Below are positions 21,766 through 34,077 of a stretch of DNA of 64,000 bases, piece by piece (the stretch's first letter is position 1; the number at the start of each line of letters is the position of its first letter). The notes under the pieces are model-generated. The model worked only from the letters and a program-made list of their open reading frames with translations, was not told the DNA's origin and ran no database searches. Both the position numbers and the translations under genes were made by a program. Origin of the DNA: Centroscyllium fabricii (taxonomy: Eukaryota); contig JBNRSN020000008.1 of the NCBI GenBank assembly GCA_051313645.2, positions 29,450,001 to 29,514,000 on the forward strand. The letters are read 5' to 3'.

Positions 21766-23317
21766 GCTGCAAATATTGAAATTACTGGCCCGTTTAGCCA
21801 GACACAAGATTTACACAGCAAGCCCGCATTAAAGCGATTTGCACCCTTACAAAACAATGGGAGCTCTAACAGAGAGGTTAGGGTGCCATCAAACCATTAC
21901 CAGCAGGCTTGGCTGGACAAAGGAATGCAGTAACCGTTTTTCTAAACACAATACCTGCCTAATGGGAAAGACATTAGCTTCATAGTATAACTGGCAGGAC
22001 ATTCTACAATTCTCTCCTCTTCTTCTGTGGGCTCTCTGGAGAGGGCTCTCTTCACATCTCTGACTCTCTGGAAGAGGGGGTCTCTCGAATATCTCGCAGC
22101 GTTGAAATCTCTCTTGGGAAAGAGCTCTTGGAGAAGGCTCTTGGAAGCGACCTCTTGAAGCGGTGAGGTCTCTGAATAGAACTTTTGAGCTTTAGCAGTA
22201 ACTTTGGGTGGGCTCTCCGTCTCGAAGACTCCAGTTCAGCTTTCTGGGTGCAGGGCAAGCAGGGTGCAGGTTCTGGCAGGACGGTCGAGTTGGGTCAGGG
22301 CAGCATCGCATCGGAAGACCATTGTTGGTGAGGTAGTCGGTGGTTGGGCCCGTATAAAGAAGCGAAGCAAGGCACTGGAGACTGGCATCCGAAGCAGGGG
22401 CCAAAGTGAGTGAGTTAGAAAAGACTTGTTACAGTTGGCTCGAGAGAAACTATCATTCGAAGAGTGGGGAAAGCAAGTAGGCTAGCAGCCCGTTACAGTT
22501 CGGCTTGAGAGGGCAGGATCGGCATACCCCAGGGTCCGGTTCAGCCAGGGAGACGGTGCAGTTGGTGCGAGGAGGTAGAGCAGCCTCGAGGAACCCGTCC
22601 GGGACCAGCCCGAGCAGGAGCGGCCACCGCCCAGAGGGAGAAGACAACAAGTGGACTCCCGAATCTTCCACAGCCACGTGACGACCGACGCTGCAGCCGA
22701 AGAGACGAAGGACTTCGTAGCAGACCCCGAGTATTACCGAGTGGTGAGCATGTGCCCCAATCCTACACACCTGGACATAGCTAGGCAATAGAGGGAAGGG
22801 TGGTTTATTTGGGGTGTATTTGTAGAGTCATTGCCCCGATTTACGATGTGCCGTGCGTTCCCCATCCTATAAGTTACTTGTGTATGTTCATATATATATC
22901 TATTTGGGAAACAATTGTTTGTGTATCATACTGTGTTGGTCCGATGAAATACAATCTAACTGCTGTACATATACCTTGCGTTGTAATAAAATCATCCAAA
23001 TTTGCAACTTTTATTCGAGTCCAAGTCTGAGTCCAATCGGTATCCATCTCGTCTCTCTCTCTCTTTTCCTGCACCTAAGTCCAGCATCTAGAACCGTAAG
23101 GGTGAGCGATTCGAACCGCTCGCGGGGGAGGAGGTTATTGCGCGAGGCCTAGCGGACTGCTAGCGCAAGGCAGTAACGGACCCCAAGTCGTAAATAAAAC
23201 ATACGGCGCACGCTCCTTACAAAACCTACACGAACACGGGGCGAACATGCGAACTCCATGCAGAGATTCCTGGGCCAAGCAGGATTTGAACCCAGGAGCT
23301 CCTTATTGCAAGGCAGC

Positions 23318-23775
23318 TCGACACCATCCAGGACAAAGCAGCCCGTTTGATTGGCACCCCATCCACCACCTTATACATTCACTCCCTCCACCACCAGCGC
23401 ACCGTGGCTGCAGTGTGTACCATCTACAAGATGCACTGCAGCAACTCGCCAAGGCTTCTTCGGGACACCTCCCAAACCCGCGACCTCTGCCACCTAGAAG
23501 GACAAGGGCAGCAGGTGCATGGTAACACCAGCACCTTTAAGTTCCCCTCCAAATCAGACACCATCCTGATTTAGAAGTATATCAGCGATCCTTCATCGTC
23601 GCTGGGTCAAAATCCTGGAACTCCCTCCCCTACAGCACTGTGGGAGCATCTTCACCACACAGACTGCAGCGGTTCAAGAAAGTGGTTCAGCACCACCTTC
23701 TCAAGGGCAATTAGGGATGGGCAATAAATGCTGGCCCTGCCAGTGGCACCCACCTCCCATAAATGAATACAAAAA
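23318..23775 (+). mobile_element. LINE 3' end (continuation of 8456-9110)
   Basis: HSLHHQRTVAAVCTIYKMHC motif and ...GGGATGGGCAATAAATGCTGG...ATGAATA tail. Confidence 0.85.
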
Positions 23776-23861
23776 ATGAAATGTAGCTACCGTAGATCTG
23801 CATTGAAAAGTAGATTGTTCTAGTAGGATCTGCACACTTAATGGAATGCCATTTTATTCAT

Positions 23862-24138
23862 GATGTGGAGGTGCTGGTGTTGGACTGGGGTGGACAAATG
23901 CAAGAAGTCACACAACACCAGGTTATAGTCCAACAGTTTTATTTTAAATCACAAGCTTTCGGAGCTTCTGCCCCTTCGTCAGGTGAAAGAGAAGCTGACT
24001 TAAAGAACGCACATATGGGAGAATATATGCGTTCTTTAAGCCAGCTTCTCTTTCACCTAACGAAGGGGCAGAAGCTCCGAAAGCTTGTGATTTTAAAAAA
24101 AACTGTTGGACTATAACCTGGTGTTGTGTGACTTCTTG
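23862..24138. mobile_element. Miniature fold-back Penelope insertion (inverted pLTR ends only)
   Basis: Near-perfect inverted repeat centred about 24020; 12-bp TSD CATTTTATTCAT; hammerhead motif in each arm. Confidence 0.88.
23949..23986 (-). ncRNA. Minimal type I hammerhead ribozyme (Penelope pLTR)
   Basis: Minus strand: TCAC-CTGACGA-AGGGGCAGAAGCTCC-GAAA-GC-TT-GTGA (stem I TCAC/GTGA, palindromic AGCT stem III). The mirror copy at 24053-24090 has a CTAACGA mutation. Confidence 0.75.
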
Positions 24139-24486
24139 CATTTTATTCATAGTTGTTTTGAATTTGAATTGTTTGTATTTCTGCATTTGTCGTTATTAGA
24201 CTAAGCCAGCGTCTAACAGCTTTGAACTAGCCAAGCAGAGACAGGGAAGCAGACAACAGCCAAGTCGGCTCATACTATACTAGCTCTCCACTGTGTTTTG
24301 CATGCCGAAACTGAATAAGCCTTTGCGACCTGCTATTGCACTTCTTTGTTGTGTGAATAAAGCTGTTTGAAGCTTTTACTCAAGCATCATTTTTGTGCAT
24401 AACCATTGAATGCTACAGCTGGATGAACTGCTGAGATTGAAGTCAGGCATGCCTTGTTGTGTTAGGATAGCTTTCCCTTTTATAAA

Positions 24487-24735
24487 GCCAAAGATGTGCG
24501 GGTTAGGTTGATTGGCCAGGATAAATTAACCCTTAGTGTTAGGGGGATTGAATATGTGGGGTTACAGGGATAGGGTGGGATATGTGTCAGTGCAGGCTCG
24601 ATAGGGATCGAGGGATATGGGGAGAGGGTAGGGGCGGGGTACTGGGTTTGGATGATCAGCCATGATCTCATTGAATGGCGGAGCAGGCTCGAAGGGCCGA
24701 ATGGCCTACTCCTGCTCCTATCTTCTATGTTTCTA
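24487..24735 (+). mobile_element. 5'-truncated shark V-SINE (HE1-like)
   Basis: Matches the 3' half of the full copy at 58672; CR1-derived tail ending CTATGTTTCTAT. Confidence 0.88.
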
Positions 24736-24789
24736 TATACTTGAGGCTTTATCCACTGCCTGGTGATGTAGTGGGCTAGATAATTAATG

Positions 24790-25564
24790 CAAGAAGTCAC
24801 ACAACACCTGGTTATAGTCCAACAGTTTTATTTTAAATCACAAGCTTTCGAAGCGCTGCTCCTTCGTCAGGTGAAGTGAAGTTGATTCAAAGACAGCACA
24901 TATGCTAGGGAGAGAGAAATCCGATCACTCCCACATCTCGCCTTAGCAAATAGACAGACAGAAGTGCCAGGCAGGAGTGTTCCCTCCCAGTCGGGGAACA
25001 CTTCAGCAGTCAAGGACATTCAGCCTCCGATCTTCGGGTAAGCATTCTCCAAGGCGGCCTTCGAGACACACGACAACGCAAAATCGTCGAGCAGAGGCTG
25101 ATAGCCAAATTCCGCACCCATGAGGACGGCCCCAACCGTGATATCGGCTTCATATCACGCTATATGTGACCCTGCCTGACGCAGAGTCATCCAGACCAGA
25201 GACATCTTTGTCTTGTAAGGAAATTCTTTTTTTTTTAATAATTCTGTGTGTTTTCGCACAGACAAGAGGACTGCAGCATTTGACCCCTTGTGACTGTGCC
25301 TCATTAATCTCAGACTGATATGTTAAAATATGTTAATGCACCTTTGTCTGCTCTGTCTGTCTATTTGCTGAGGCGAGATGTGGGAGAGATCGGATTTCTC
25401 TCTCCCTTGCATATGTGCTGTCTTTGAATCAACGTCACTTCACCTGACGAAGGAGCAGTGCTTCGAAAGCTCGTGATTTAAAATAGAACTGTTGGACTAT
25501 AACCAGGTGTTGTGTGACTTCTTGCATTTGTCCACCCCAGTCCAACACCGGCACCTCCACATCA
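24790..25564 (+). mobile_element. Penelope-like element 3' end with inverted partial pLTR; GIY-YIG C-terminal fragment
   Basis: ARQECSLPVGEHFSSQGHSASDLRVSILQGG...KIVEQRLIAKFRTHEDG; inverted arms; 13-bp TSD TAGATAATTAATG; hammerheads at 24838-24874 (-) and 25440-25476 (+). Confidence 0.9.
25440..25476 (+). ncRNA. Minimal type I hammerhead ribozyme
   Basis: TCAC-CTGACGA-AGGAGCAGTGCTTC-GAAA-GC-TC-GTGA; intact core, CUC cleavage triplet. Confidence 0.78.
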
Positions 25565-26229
25565 TAGATAATTAATGGCTGCATATAGCGACACCACTAC
25601 CCCTGGCCAGAATGGAGATGGTTGGGTGACTCACTTATCAATCCACACCTGGAGACCGCACTGCTGTCAGTGACTGGAATTGATTTAATGCACATAATTT
25701 GTATTATGTAACTATCCTCCACTCAGTACATTTTGCTGGAGGAATAATCCAGCAAAGTTGCTGCAGTTTCCTTCATGAGTTCTATTTGCTGCAGTTCTTG
25801 GAGACTCTTTTTAAATAGACTCTATAAATAAACATTGTTTGCTTTGCTGTTTGCTGAGTAAATAAACTCTGTTTGCTGTAAAATAAACTTGTTTCCTTTA
25901 AGTCCTGCCACAAGTCCCACCGCACTGCCAACTCATTGGCTGAAACAGTGGTGTCAATAGACATTCCAATTATTAACACACTGCGCCAGAATGGTAGGAT
26001 ATCTGCAAACAGCTACCTCTATGTATAGAGGTCTTGATCTAGTCTATTTTGTTAGGGAAGGTGGAGAGCAAGGCTGGGTGTGAACCTACAGGAATTAGAG
26101 GAAACCCAGCGGTGAGTCAAGCTAGGGTGCTCGAGGTACATTTTGTGCCTTCCGGCAGTCAGTTACAGAATACCTAGGAGCCAGGGAATGATGCAGGATA
26201 CCGGGTGGAAGGGAAAGATAAAAATGTAT

Positions 26230-26785
26230 ACATAGAAACATAGAAACATAGAAGATGGGAGCAGGAGTCAGCCATTCGGCCCCTCGAGCCTGCTCCGCCA
26301 TTCAATGAGATCATGGCTGATCATCCAAACTCAGTGCCCTATCCCTACCTTCTCCCCATATGCCTTGGTCCCTCTAGCCTTAAGAACTACATCCAGCTCC
26401 TTCTTGCATATATATTAAATGAATTGGCCTCCACCGCCTTCTGTGGCAGAGAATTACACAGGTTCACCACTCTCTGGGTGAAGAAATTCCTCCTCATCTC
26501 TGTCCCAAATGAGTTACCCCTTATCCTTAGACTATGACCCCTGGTTCTGGACTCGCCAATCATCGGGAACATTCTTCCTGCATCAACTTTGTCCAGACCA
26601 GTTAGAATTTTATACGTTTCAATGAGATCCCCTCTCAATCTTCTAAACACCAGAGAGTACAAACCCAGTCTACCCAGTCTCTCCTCATACGTCATTCCTG
26701 CCATCCCAGGTATCAGCCTGGTTAATCTTCTCTGCACTCCCTCCATGGCAAGAACGTCCTTCCTTAGATAAGGAGACCAAAATTA
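26230..26785 (-). mobile_element. CR1 LINE 3' end
   Basis: EGVQRRLTRLIPGM...RRLRGDLIETYKIL; (CATAGAAA)n tail. Confidence 0.9.
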
Positions 26786-26797
26786 TATATAACACAG

Positions 26798-27172
26798 CAG
26801 CGATCCCCAACCGCCGGTCCGCGGCCCGGTACCGGGCCGTGGAACAGTTTTACCGGTCCGCAGCCGCAGAAGGAATGTTCCCCGCCCGCACCCGAGCACC
26901 CCCCGCCGGTCCGCGAAACCCCCCCGCCAGCACCCCCCCCGCGGTCCGTCAAAAAGCCCTCGCCAGGACCCCCCCCGGTCAGTGCAAAAAACTCCGCCAG
27001 CACTCCCCCACCCCCCCCCCCCCCCCGGTCCGTGAAAAAAACTCCGCCAGCACCCCCCACCGCCCCCCGGTCCGTGAAAAAAACTCCACCAGCACCCCCC
27101 CCCCACACCAGTCCGTGAAAAAATTGACTAGCTGAAAATGGTCCGCAGTCCAAAAAAGGTTGGGGACCCCTG
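26798..27172. mobile_element. hAT-family MITE with internal C-rich ~40-bp tandem repeats
   Basis: TIRs CAGCGATCCCCAACC / GGTTGGGGACCCCTG; 8-bp TSD TAA(C/T)ACAG. Confidence 0.88.
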
Positions 27173-27553
27173 TAATACAGCACATCAATTCAATTAGAAT
27201 TGTCACTTTTACGTGAATCAAAATGTCTAACGATTTTGAGTAATTGTTACAGCGCAATTGATATGTTTTCCTGATCAATTTTCTATCATCATGATATTCT
27301 TCAACTCAATCTCCTGCAATTGAGATTCGATTTAAGGCAATCGTTTTGCATCGTCTGTAAAAGTTCCCTGTTTCTTAGGGTAGTGCTGTAGGACATGACG
27401 CTGCAGTGCCAAACAGAAGTGATGCCTTCTGACTGAAGCTAGTTTCTCAGTAGGCGTCTCTTCAACTTGGCAACGAGAAGAAAGAGAAAAAGCGCAGTCT
27501 GACTTTTGAACCTTAATTCTCCAAAATAATTAGATTTGTAATTTGTGGCTTAC

Positions 27554-27754
27554 CCAGTGTGTTTAAAAGGCGTGACTTCTTGCAGTGGTAGGTCACCTTC
27601 TGCTCACAGTAGTCCATGCTGTTAATCATGGCTCGAAGCTGTTCCATGCTGGCACTGTAGTTAAACTGCACGAGATGGGGTTTTTCGGCAGTGGAGCCTC
27701 GCACTTTGGTTAGCTCGGTGTTGTTGTGCTGGATAACAGTCCATGTTTTATCTT
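27554..27754 (-). CDS. CNTNAP5: CNTNAP-like 201-bp coding exon (fibrinogen-like domain)
   Basis: aaacag|AAGATAAA...ACACTGG|gtaagc; [66 protein letters not shown]; from recall this is closest to CNTNAP5 (QHNNTELT motif). Confidence 0.93.
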
Positions 27755-27829
27755 CTGTTTTTTATTTAAGAAAGAAAATACAAAACATTAAAGGCCTATG
27801 AATATTATGGTAGTGGCATGTAGAAAGTG

Positions 27830-28712
27830 TGATTGATCTGTCCTGAAATCTGGAACCGGTACTTCCGCTCCCCACCACTGCAATTTGGTTTTCCTGCAAC
27901 TAACATTTGTGGGGGGGGATTTTCGCAAAGGTGTGGGAAGCTGGCGGGTTTTGAGCGTGTCCGTTTTCTGACAGGAATGTTTGAGGGCCAGGGAACCACA
28001 CGCAATTTTGAATTAATTGGCCAATTAATTGCCTGCGTGTGGGAAGCTCCTGCCAATACACAATTTCCAGTTGGAAAGCAATGGACTGCAGATGACAGCT
28101 CGAGGTTTGATTGGCAGTTCTAGGGACTGTGTGTTGTTAGTTTCTATGGAAACATTCCATTGTGACATCACAATGGAGTGCAACCAATCTCAAAGCCCAA
28201 GTGGGTTAAGTGACAGGTCTAAGGACACACTGCAAAGCTTCCACAGTGAGGGGCCGTCTCTCTATGAAGCATTGCAGCATCTGTCAAGGTAAGTCTTTTC
28301 AGTGTTTCCTCCACAGCTGGTATACAACCAAGGGAGTCACTTACACCTCCAGGGTGTTGAAGGCCTGGAAGGCATTCTGCTGCAGTTCCTTCAATGCCTT
28401 GAAGGTGAAAGTGACCAAGCCGACTGAGATCCCATTAGCTTACACCGGCGGGGTTTCAGGATGGCGGGGAATGGGTGGGAAGGGCTTAAAAATTGCGACG
28501 GGCCCTTAAAATGGGATTACCCATGTCAATTCAGGGCCCCTAATTACCTCAATGATCAACCCCGCTGGTGTCAGGTGGGAAAGATTCGGGTCGGCTGGAC
28601 ACGCCGCCAGAAAACCGCAAAGCGGCAGGGATTCGCCGGGAGGGGTCGGGACCCCTCCCCGTTTTTAGGATTTTAGGCACCGCCCTCACGGCACGATGAA
28701 ACCCACCCCCAC
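27830..28712. mobile_element. Degraded non-autonomous DNA transposon (Harbinger-like)
   Basis: Shares TTCAATGCCTTGAAGGTGAAAGT and GGGCCCTTAAAAT blocks with 36375-37200 and, inverted, 33176-33988. Confidence 0.55.
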
Positions 28713-29064
28713 CCCCGTATCTTGAAGAGGCACTATACGTTCATATATTTCAGGATTTTTTGACCACACTAAGGATTTGGAAAATATTTACATTCAAAGC
28801 TTGGGTTTTTAAAGCAAGTTGGATTCACACAAGTTTAACAGAGAGAAAATAAAGCACTGAGTAGCACTAGAAGTAATTAAAATTGCAATAGGCTAGGCCT
28901 TGGAGTTGTTTCCCCACTGACTGAAAACAGGAATATAAAATTGTTGCAAAAGAAAATATCCCCGAGATCTTTAGGGTCCAGGCCAAGTCTTTGGCCTGAG
29001 GCAGTGTGGGAAGCTGTGGGAGTACCATCTGTGATTTGCTGGCACTTAAAATTAATAGCAAATC

Positions 29065-29447
29065 ATAAGAACATAAGAAGTAGGAGCAGGAGTAGGCCAT
29101 TCAGGCCCTCGGGCCTGCTCCGCCATTCAATAGGATCATGGCTGATCCGAACTTAGACTCACATCCACTTCCCTGCCCGCTCCCCGTAACCCCTTATTCC
29201 CCTATCAGTTAGGAAACTGTCTATCTCTGTTTTAAATTTAGTTAATGTTGCAGCTTCCACAGTTCTCTGAGGGAGCAAATTCCACAGATTTACCACCCTC
29301 TGAGTGAAGAAATTTCTCCTCATCTCAGTTTTGAAAGGGCAGCCCCTTATTCTAAGATTACGCTCCCCAGTTCTAGTCTCACCCATCAGTGGAAACATCC
29401 TCACCGCATCTACCCGAGCAAGCCCCCTCACAATCTTATATGTTTCA
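29065..29447 (-). mobile_element. CR1 LINE 3' end
   Basis: RRNFFTQRVVNLWN motif; CATAAGAACATAAGAA tail. Confidence 0.88.
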
Positions 29448-29550
29448 TGGACTATATATCCCTAAATAGCCTGTGATTTGCTTCTTGGGAGTGTGGCCCC
29501 TTGTTTGGAGTATGGGATCAACCGTAAAAAAGATGAATCAATGATAATGA

Positions 29551-30925
29551 TGTGGAGGTGCCGGTGTTGGACTGTGGTGGACAAATGTAAGAAGTCACAC
29601 AACACCAGGTTATAGTCCAACAGCTTTATTTGAAATCACAAGCTTTTGGAGCATTGCTCCTTCATCAGGTGTACTAGAGATGCATACAGACACAGCATAT
29701 ATAGTCGGAGAACAATGTAACATTTCCAATTGCCCTACATCACACCTCGGCAGAGAGACATTCATAGCAATCAAAGGTGTGAATGGTATTCAAACAGGTC
29801 AGTCAGGCAGGCACCATCCGAAGAACAATGAAGTGGAGTCACAAAGGGTCAAATGTTGCACAGTCTGGGGTCTGTGTGAGAACCAACATAGAACAATTTT
29901 TTTTAACGTTTTTTCTTGCTGGAAATCGCAGCCGGTACAGCCACATCTGTGTAGTGAGAACAAGCCAAAGACGACTCGAATCTGGATGACTCTACATCAG
30001 GTGGGGTTACATGTAGCGTGACATAAAGCCAAGATCCCGGTTGAGGCCGTGCTCATGAGTGTGGAACTTGGCTATCAGTTTCTGCTCGACGATTTTGCGT
30101 TGTCGTGTGTCTTGAAGGCCACCTTGGAGAATGCTTACCCGAAGATCGGAGGCTGAATGTCCATGACTGCGGAAGTGTTCCCCGACTGGTAGACAACCTT
30201 GTCTACCTCATACGTCGCAGGAAAGGATGCCCTGCAGCATGGTACATCGGCGAGACCATGCAGACACTATGACAATGGATGAACGGACACCACACAACAA
30301 TTGCCAGGCAGGAGTGTTCCCTCCCAGTCGGGGGACACTTCAGCAGTCATGGACATTCAGCCTCCGATCTTCGGGTAAGCATTCTCCAAGGCAGCCTTCG
30401 AGACACACGACAACGCAAAATCGTCGAGCAGAAACTGATAGCCAAGTTCTGCACTCATGAGCACGGCCTCAACCGAGATCTTGGCTTCATGTCACGCTAC
30501 ATGTAACCCCACCTGATGGAGAGTCATCCAGACTCGAGTCGTCTTTGGCTTGTCCTCACTACACAGATGCGGTTGTACTGGCTGCAATTTCCAGCAAGAA
30601 AAATCTTTAAAAAAAATTGTTCTGTGTTGGTTCTCACACAGACCCCAGACTGTGCAACATTTGACCCTTTGTAACTCCACTACATTGCTCTTGGGATGGT
30701 GCCTGCCTGACTGATCTGTTTAAACACCATTCACACCTTTGATCGCTATGAATGTCTCTCTGCTGAGGTGTGATGAAGGGCAGTTGGAAAGATTACATTG
30801 TTCTCCGACTATATATGCTGTGTCTTTATGCATCTCTATTACACCTGATGTAGGAGCAACGCTCCGAAAGCTTGTGATTTCAAATAAAACTGTTGGACTA
30901 TAACCTGGTGTTGTGTGACTTCTTA
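29551..30925. mobile_element. Large fold-back Penelope insertion (~630-bp inverted arms with GIY-YIG fragment)
   Basis: Arms are reverse complements; 12-bp TSD CAATGATAATGA; both hammerhead cores carry point mutations. Confidence 0.92.
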
Positions 30926-31359
30926 CAATGATAATGAAGATTTCACGGCCATATCGGCTCTCTATCTTGTGTGTGACCAGTGTGCCTTGATCTCAGACTT
31001 GGATCTCTACTCGCTTTCAGATTGTTACTCTGCCAGAGGATGCTATTTTTGCATTCAAATTGCATGACTGTGGAACTAAATGGGTACGTTTGACACCCAA
31101 TAACTAACAGAAGGTTCAAGGTGCTTTTTTGACTGATGTACTGATGGCAATTCTGTTTATAACACTTGAAGCTCAGGCTCCTCTGAGGCACAATTGCTGA
31201 ATTATAACCTGTTTGTGTTGTGCACTGAAACACTTTGGGAAATGTACTATGAGAGAAAACATTAATTTCACTCATGACCCATGCTAGCAAGGTCTAACAG
31301 ATTCCTGGAAATCATCAGGCCATTTCCCCACTAAAAAAACCCACAAAATGCACTGTTGT

Positions 31360-31737
31360 CTCACAGCACTGGAGACCCGGGTTCAAATCCAGCCTCGGGT
31401 ACTATCTGTGTGGAGTTTGCACATTCTCACCGTGTCTGTGTGAGTTTCCTCCGGGTGCTCCGGTTTCCTCCCACAGTCCAAAGATGTGTGGGTTAGGTTG
31501 ATTGGCCAGGATAAATTGACCCTTAGTGTTAGGGGGATTGAATATGTGGGGTTACGGGGAAAGGGTGGGATATGTGTCGGTGCAGGCTCGACAGGGATCG
31601 AGGGGTATGGGGACAAGGCAGGGACAGGGTACTGGGTTTGGATGATCAGCCATGATCTCATTGAATGGCGGAGCAGGCTCGAAGGGCCGAATGGCCTACT
31701 CCTGCTCCTATCTTCTATGTTTCTATGTTTCTATGTT
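31360..31737 (+). mobile_element. Shark V-SINE (HE1-like)
   Basis: B box GGTTCAAATCC, V-domain and CR1 tail. Confidence 0.9.
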
Positions 31738-31986
31738 TTGCAATTTATGCAGGTTTCTACAGGTTCTCTAAAGATGAATTGTTTTGTATGCATTCAATGT
31801 CCTTTCAGGAAGGAAATCTGCCTTCCTTCCCTGGTCTGACCTATATGTGACTCCAGTTCCAACCAATGTGGTTGACTCTTAACTGCCATCTGAAATGGCC
31901 ACATTCCCAGGGCAACTGGACTGCTGACCTTGTCAGTGACTTCCACATCCCGAGAATGAATAAAAGAAAAAAAAAACTCTGCACAT

Positions 31987-32188
31987 TGTAGGAGTCGATG
32001 GAAATAAACAGACTGCGAGACTTTCACAGCAGCAAAAGAAAACGCGTGTTACTTTATTAACTCCCCACATGGACTGAGGGACTAGGCCTCATCACAGGGC
32101 TGATGATGTCATCGCCCATCGATGACTCTTAAAGGGACCCTGCCCCGATAACCCAACCAAGATCCGTACATGACGTGGAGCGATAACA
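31987..32188 (-). mobile_element. Solo LTR
   Basis: TGT...ACA ends, 4-bp TSD ACAT, AATAAA on the minus strand. Confidence 0.7.
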
Positions 32189-32699
32189 ACATTGGCTATA
32201 CATAGTGAATTGTGTTACTGTCCCTATGTGGTCTCCACAACATGATGTTTTTGGCAAATCTCACTGTGGTCAGATGAAATAACCAGGTTCAATGTTTGCA
32301 TTACAGTTCCTTTTTTTCATGTGATCCTGAGGTTAGAAACCTTTCCTTAGCCATTATATTTTAAAGTTTGGAATTCTTTGTGCGCATTGAAATGAGAGAT
32401 GTCAGAACCAGTAAAAAGTACATTTTCCCACTTTTTGGCACCCAGTATCAAAATCAAGCACTCCCACATACAACGCACGCCAGGTGTAGGACAGAGCTCT
32501 TGTCACCGTCTAAATAATGTGCCTCATCTCAGAAGAGGAAGTCCCCGCTCCCAGCTGCAGCAGTGTAATAGTCCCATTTCTTAAACTAATCTACATTAGG
32601 GTCCATTGTGTGCCGTGAACTCATGCTGAATATTAACCAGACAGCAAACTGCCCAGAACTCAATGGGGGGAAGAATTCAGTTGTTTGCGCCACTTGGAA

Positions 32700-34077
32700 A
32701 AAGAGCCGTTTATCCCAACTCCTTGCTTCCTGTCTGCCAACCAGTTCTCTGTCCAAGTCAATATCTTACCCCCAATCCCATGTGCCTTAACTTTACATGC
32801 TAATCTCTTATGCGGGACCTTATTGAACACCTTTTGAAAGTCCAAATACACCACGTCCACTGGTTCTCCCTTATCTATTTTACCAGTTACATCCTCAAAA
32901 AATTCCAGTAGATTAGTCAAGCACGATTTACCTTTTGTAAATCCATGTTGACTTTGTCCGATCCGGTCACTGTTTACCAAGTGCTCTGCTGTTACATCTT
33001 TTATAATGGACTCAAGCATTTTCCTCTCTACCGATGTCAGGCTTACCGGTCTGTAATTCCCCATTTTGTCTCTACCACCTTTTTTGAACAGTAGGGTAAC
33101 ATTAGCTACCCTCCAATCCATGGGTACTGCTCCAGAGTCTATCGCATTTTGGAAGATGACCAGCAATGCACCCACTGGGGGGAATTTTCATGTCCCCGTG
33201 AGGTGGGGTTTGGGCGGCCCGGCTGGCAAAATAGTGGAACCGGCAGATCCCGCCCCTCCCCGCCGCTTTCTCATTTTCCCGCCTCCAGATTCCCCGCCCC
33301 AAAACCTTCCCGCCGCCGACCGGCGGTGATCGGTTGTCACCTTGTTAAGGGCCCTTAATTGGCATCTTTAATGCCATTTTAAGGGCCCTCAGCCATTTTG
33401 CCGTGTTTTCCGCCCTAACCCCGCCACCTTAAACCTTGCTGGGTGAAACCCAGCGGGAGCACAGCATTGCTTATAACTTTTGCACTATAACCTGGTGTTG
33501 TGTGAGTTCCTTAATTTATTACTTTCTCCTTTAAGGTCTGAAGGACATGCTGCCAAATGCTTGGCATGCCTCCAGCACCTTAGAGGAGATAGTAACTCCG
33601 TTCTGCCTTCAGTATCAGCTCTGACCAGAAACTGAGCAATCTCAGTTCTCACCATGTTCTCACAGCCGCTGCGAGCTGTGAGCGATTCAGAGCCCCCCCG
33701 CCCACCTGTCAGTCACCAGCACTTGGCCTTTCCCATTGGCTCCACTCCACTTTGATGTCACAGTGGAGTGTTGCCATGGGAACTGACAACAACCAGTGCT
33801 GGAAATGTGAATCAAAGTGCTCGCCGCTCCACTCGATTCACCTAATTACCTCCCGCTGCCGCCGATGGGGATTTAACAACCTCATTAACCTAAAATTGCG
33901 TGGGCTTCCCAGCTGTTTGGGCGGGTGGGACCGGAAGCCGCCCAGACCAATTCCCGCCAGGTTCCTGCCCTTCCGGAAAAATTCCCCACACTATTTCTAG
34001 GGCCACTTCCTTAAGTACCCTAGCATGTAGATTATCAGGCCCTGGGAAGTTATCGGCCTTCAATCCAGTCAATTTCT
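32700..34077 (-). mobile_element. CR1 LINE internal RT fragment, split by a MITE (33176-33988) and bracketed by MITE ends
   Basis: PGPDNLHARVLKE | NYRPVSLTS, QHGFTKGKSCLTNLLEFF, YLDFQKVFNKVPH. Confidence 0.85.

Larger units (their letters stand above)
9366..23221 (+). mobile_element. Full-length env-less retrovirus-like LTR element (ERV/lokiretrovirus-like pol architecture)
   Basis: Paired ~1.76-kb LTRs TGTAAGG...CCTTACA, 4-bp TSD AAAC (9362-9365, 23222-23225), PBS, gag, pro-pol and PPT. LTRs differ by about a dozen substitutions and two indels by eye. Confidence 0.95.
18578..23221 (+). repeat. 3' LTR, interrupted by a 2.86-kb nested LTR element
   Basis: Colinear with the 5' LTR once 18902-21769 is removed. 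Confidence 0.95.

Noticed and set aside
24188-24405. Possible solo LTR (TGTCGTTAT...ATAACCA, AATAAA inside)
   Set aside because: Terminus and TSD do not resolve cleanly; too uncertain to list.
24480-24800. Recurring ORFs such as MRSWLIIQTQYP... and MAEQARRAEWPTPAP...
   Set aside because: Chance translations of the repeated V-SINE sequence.
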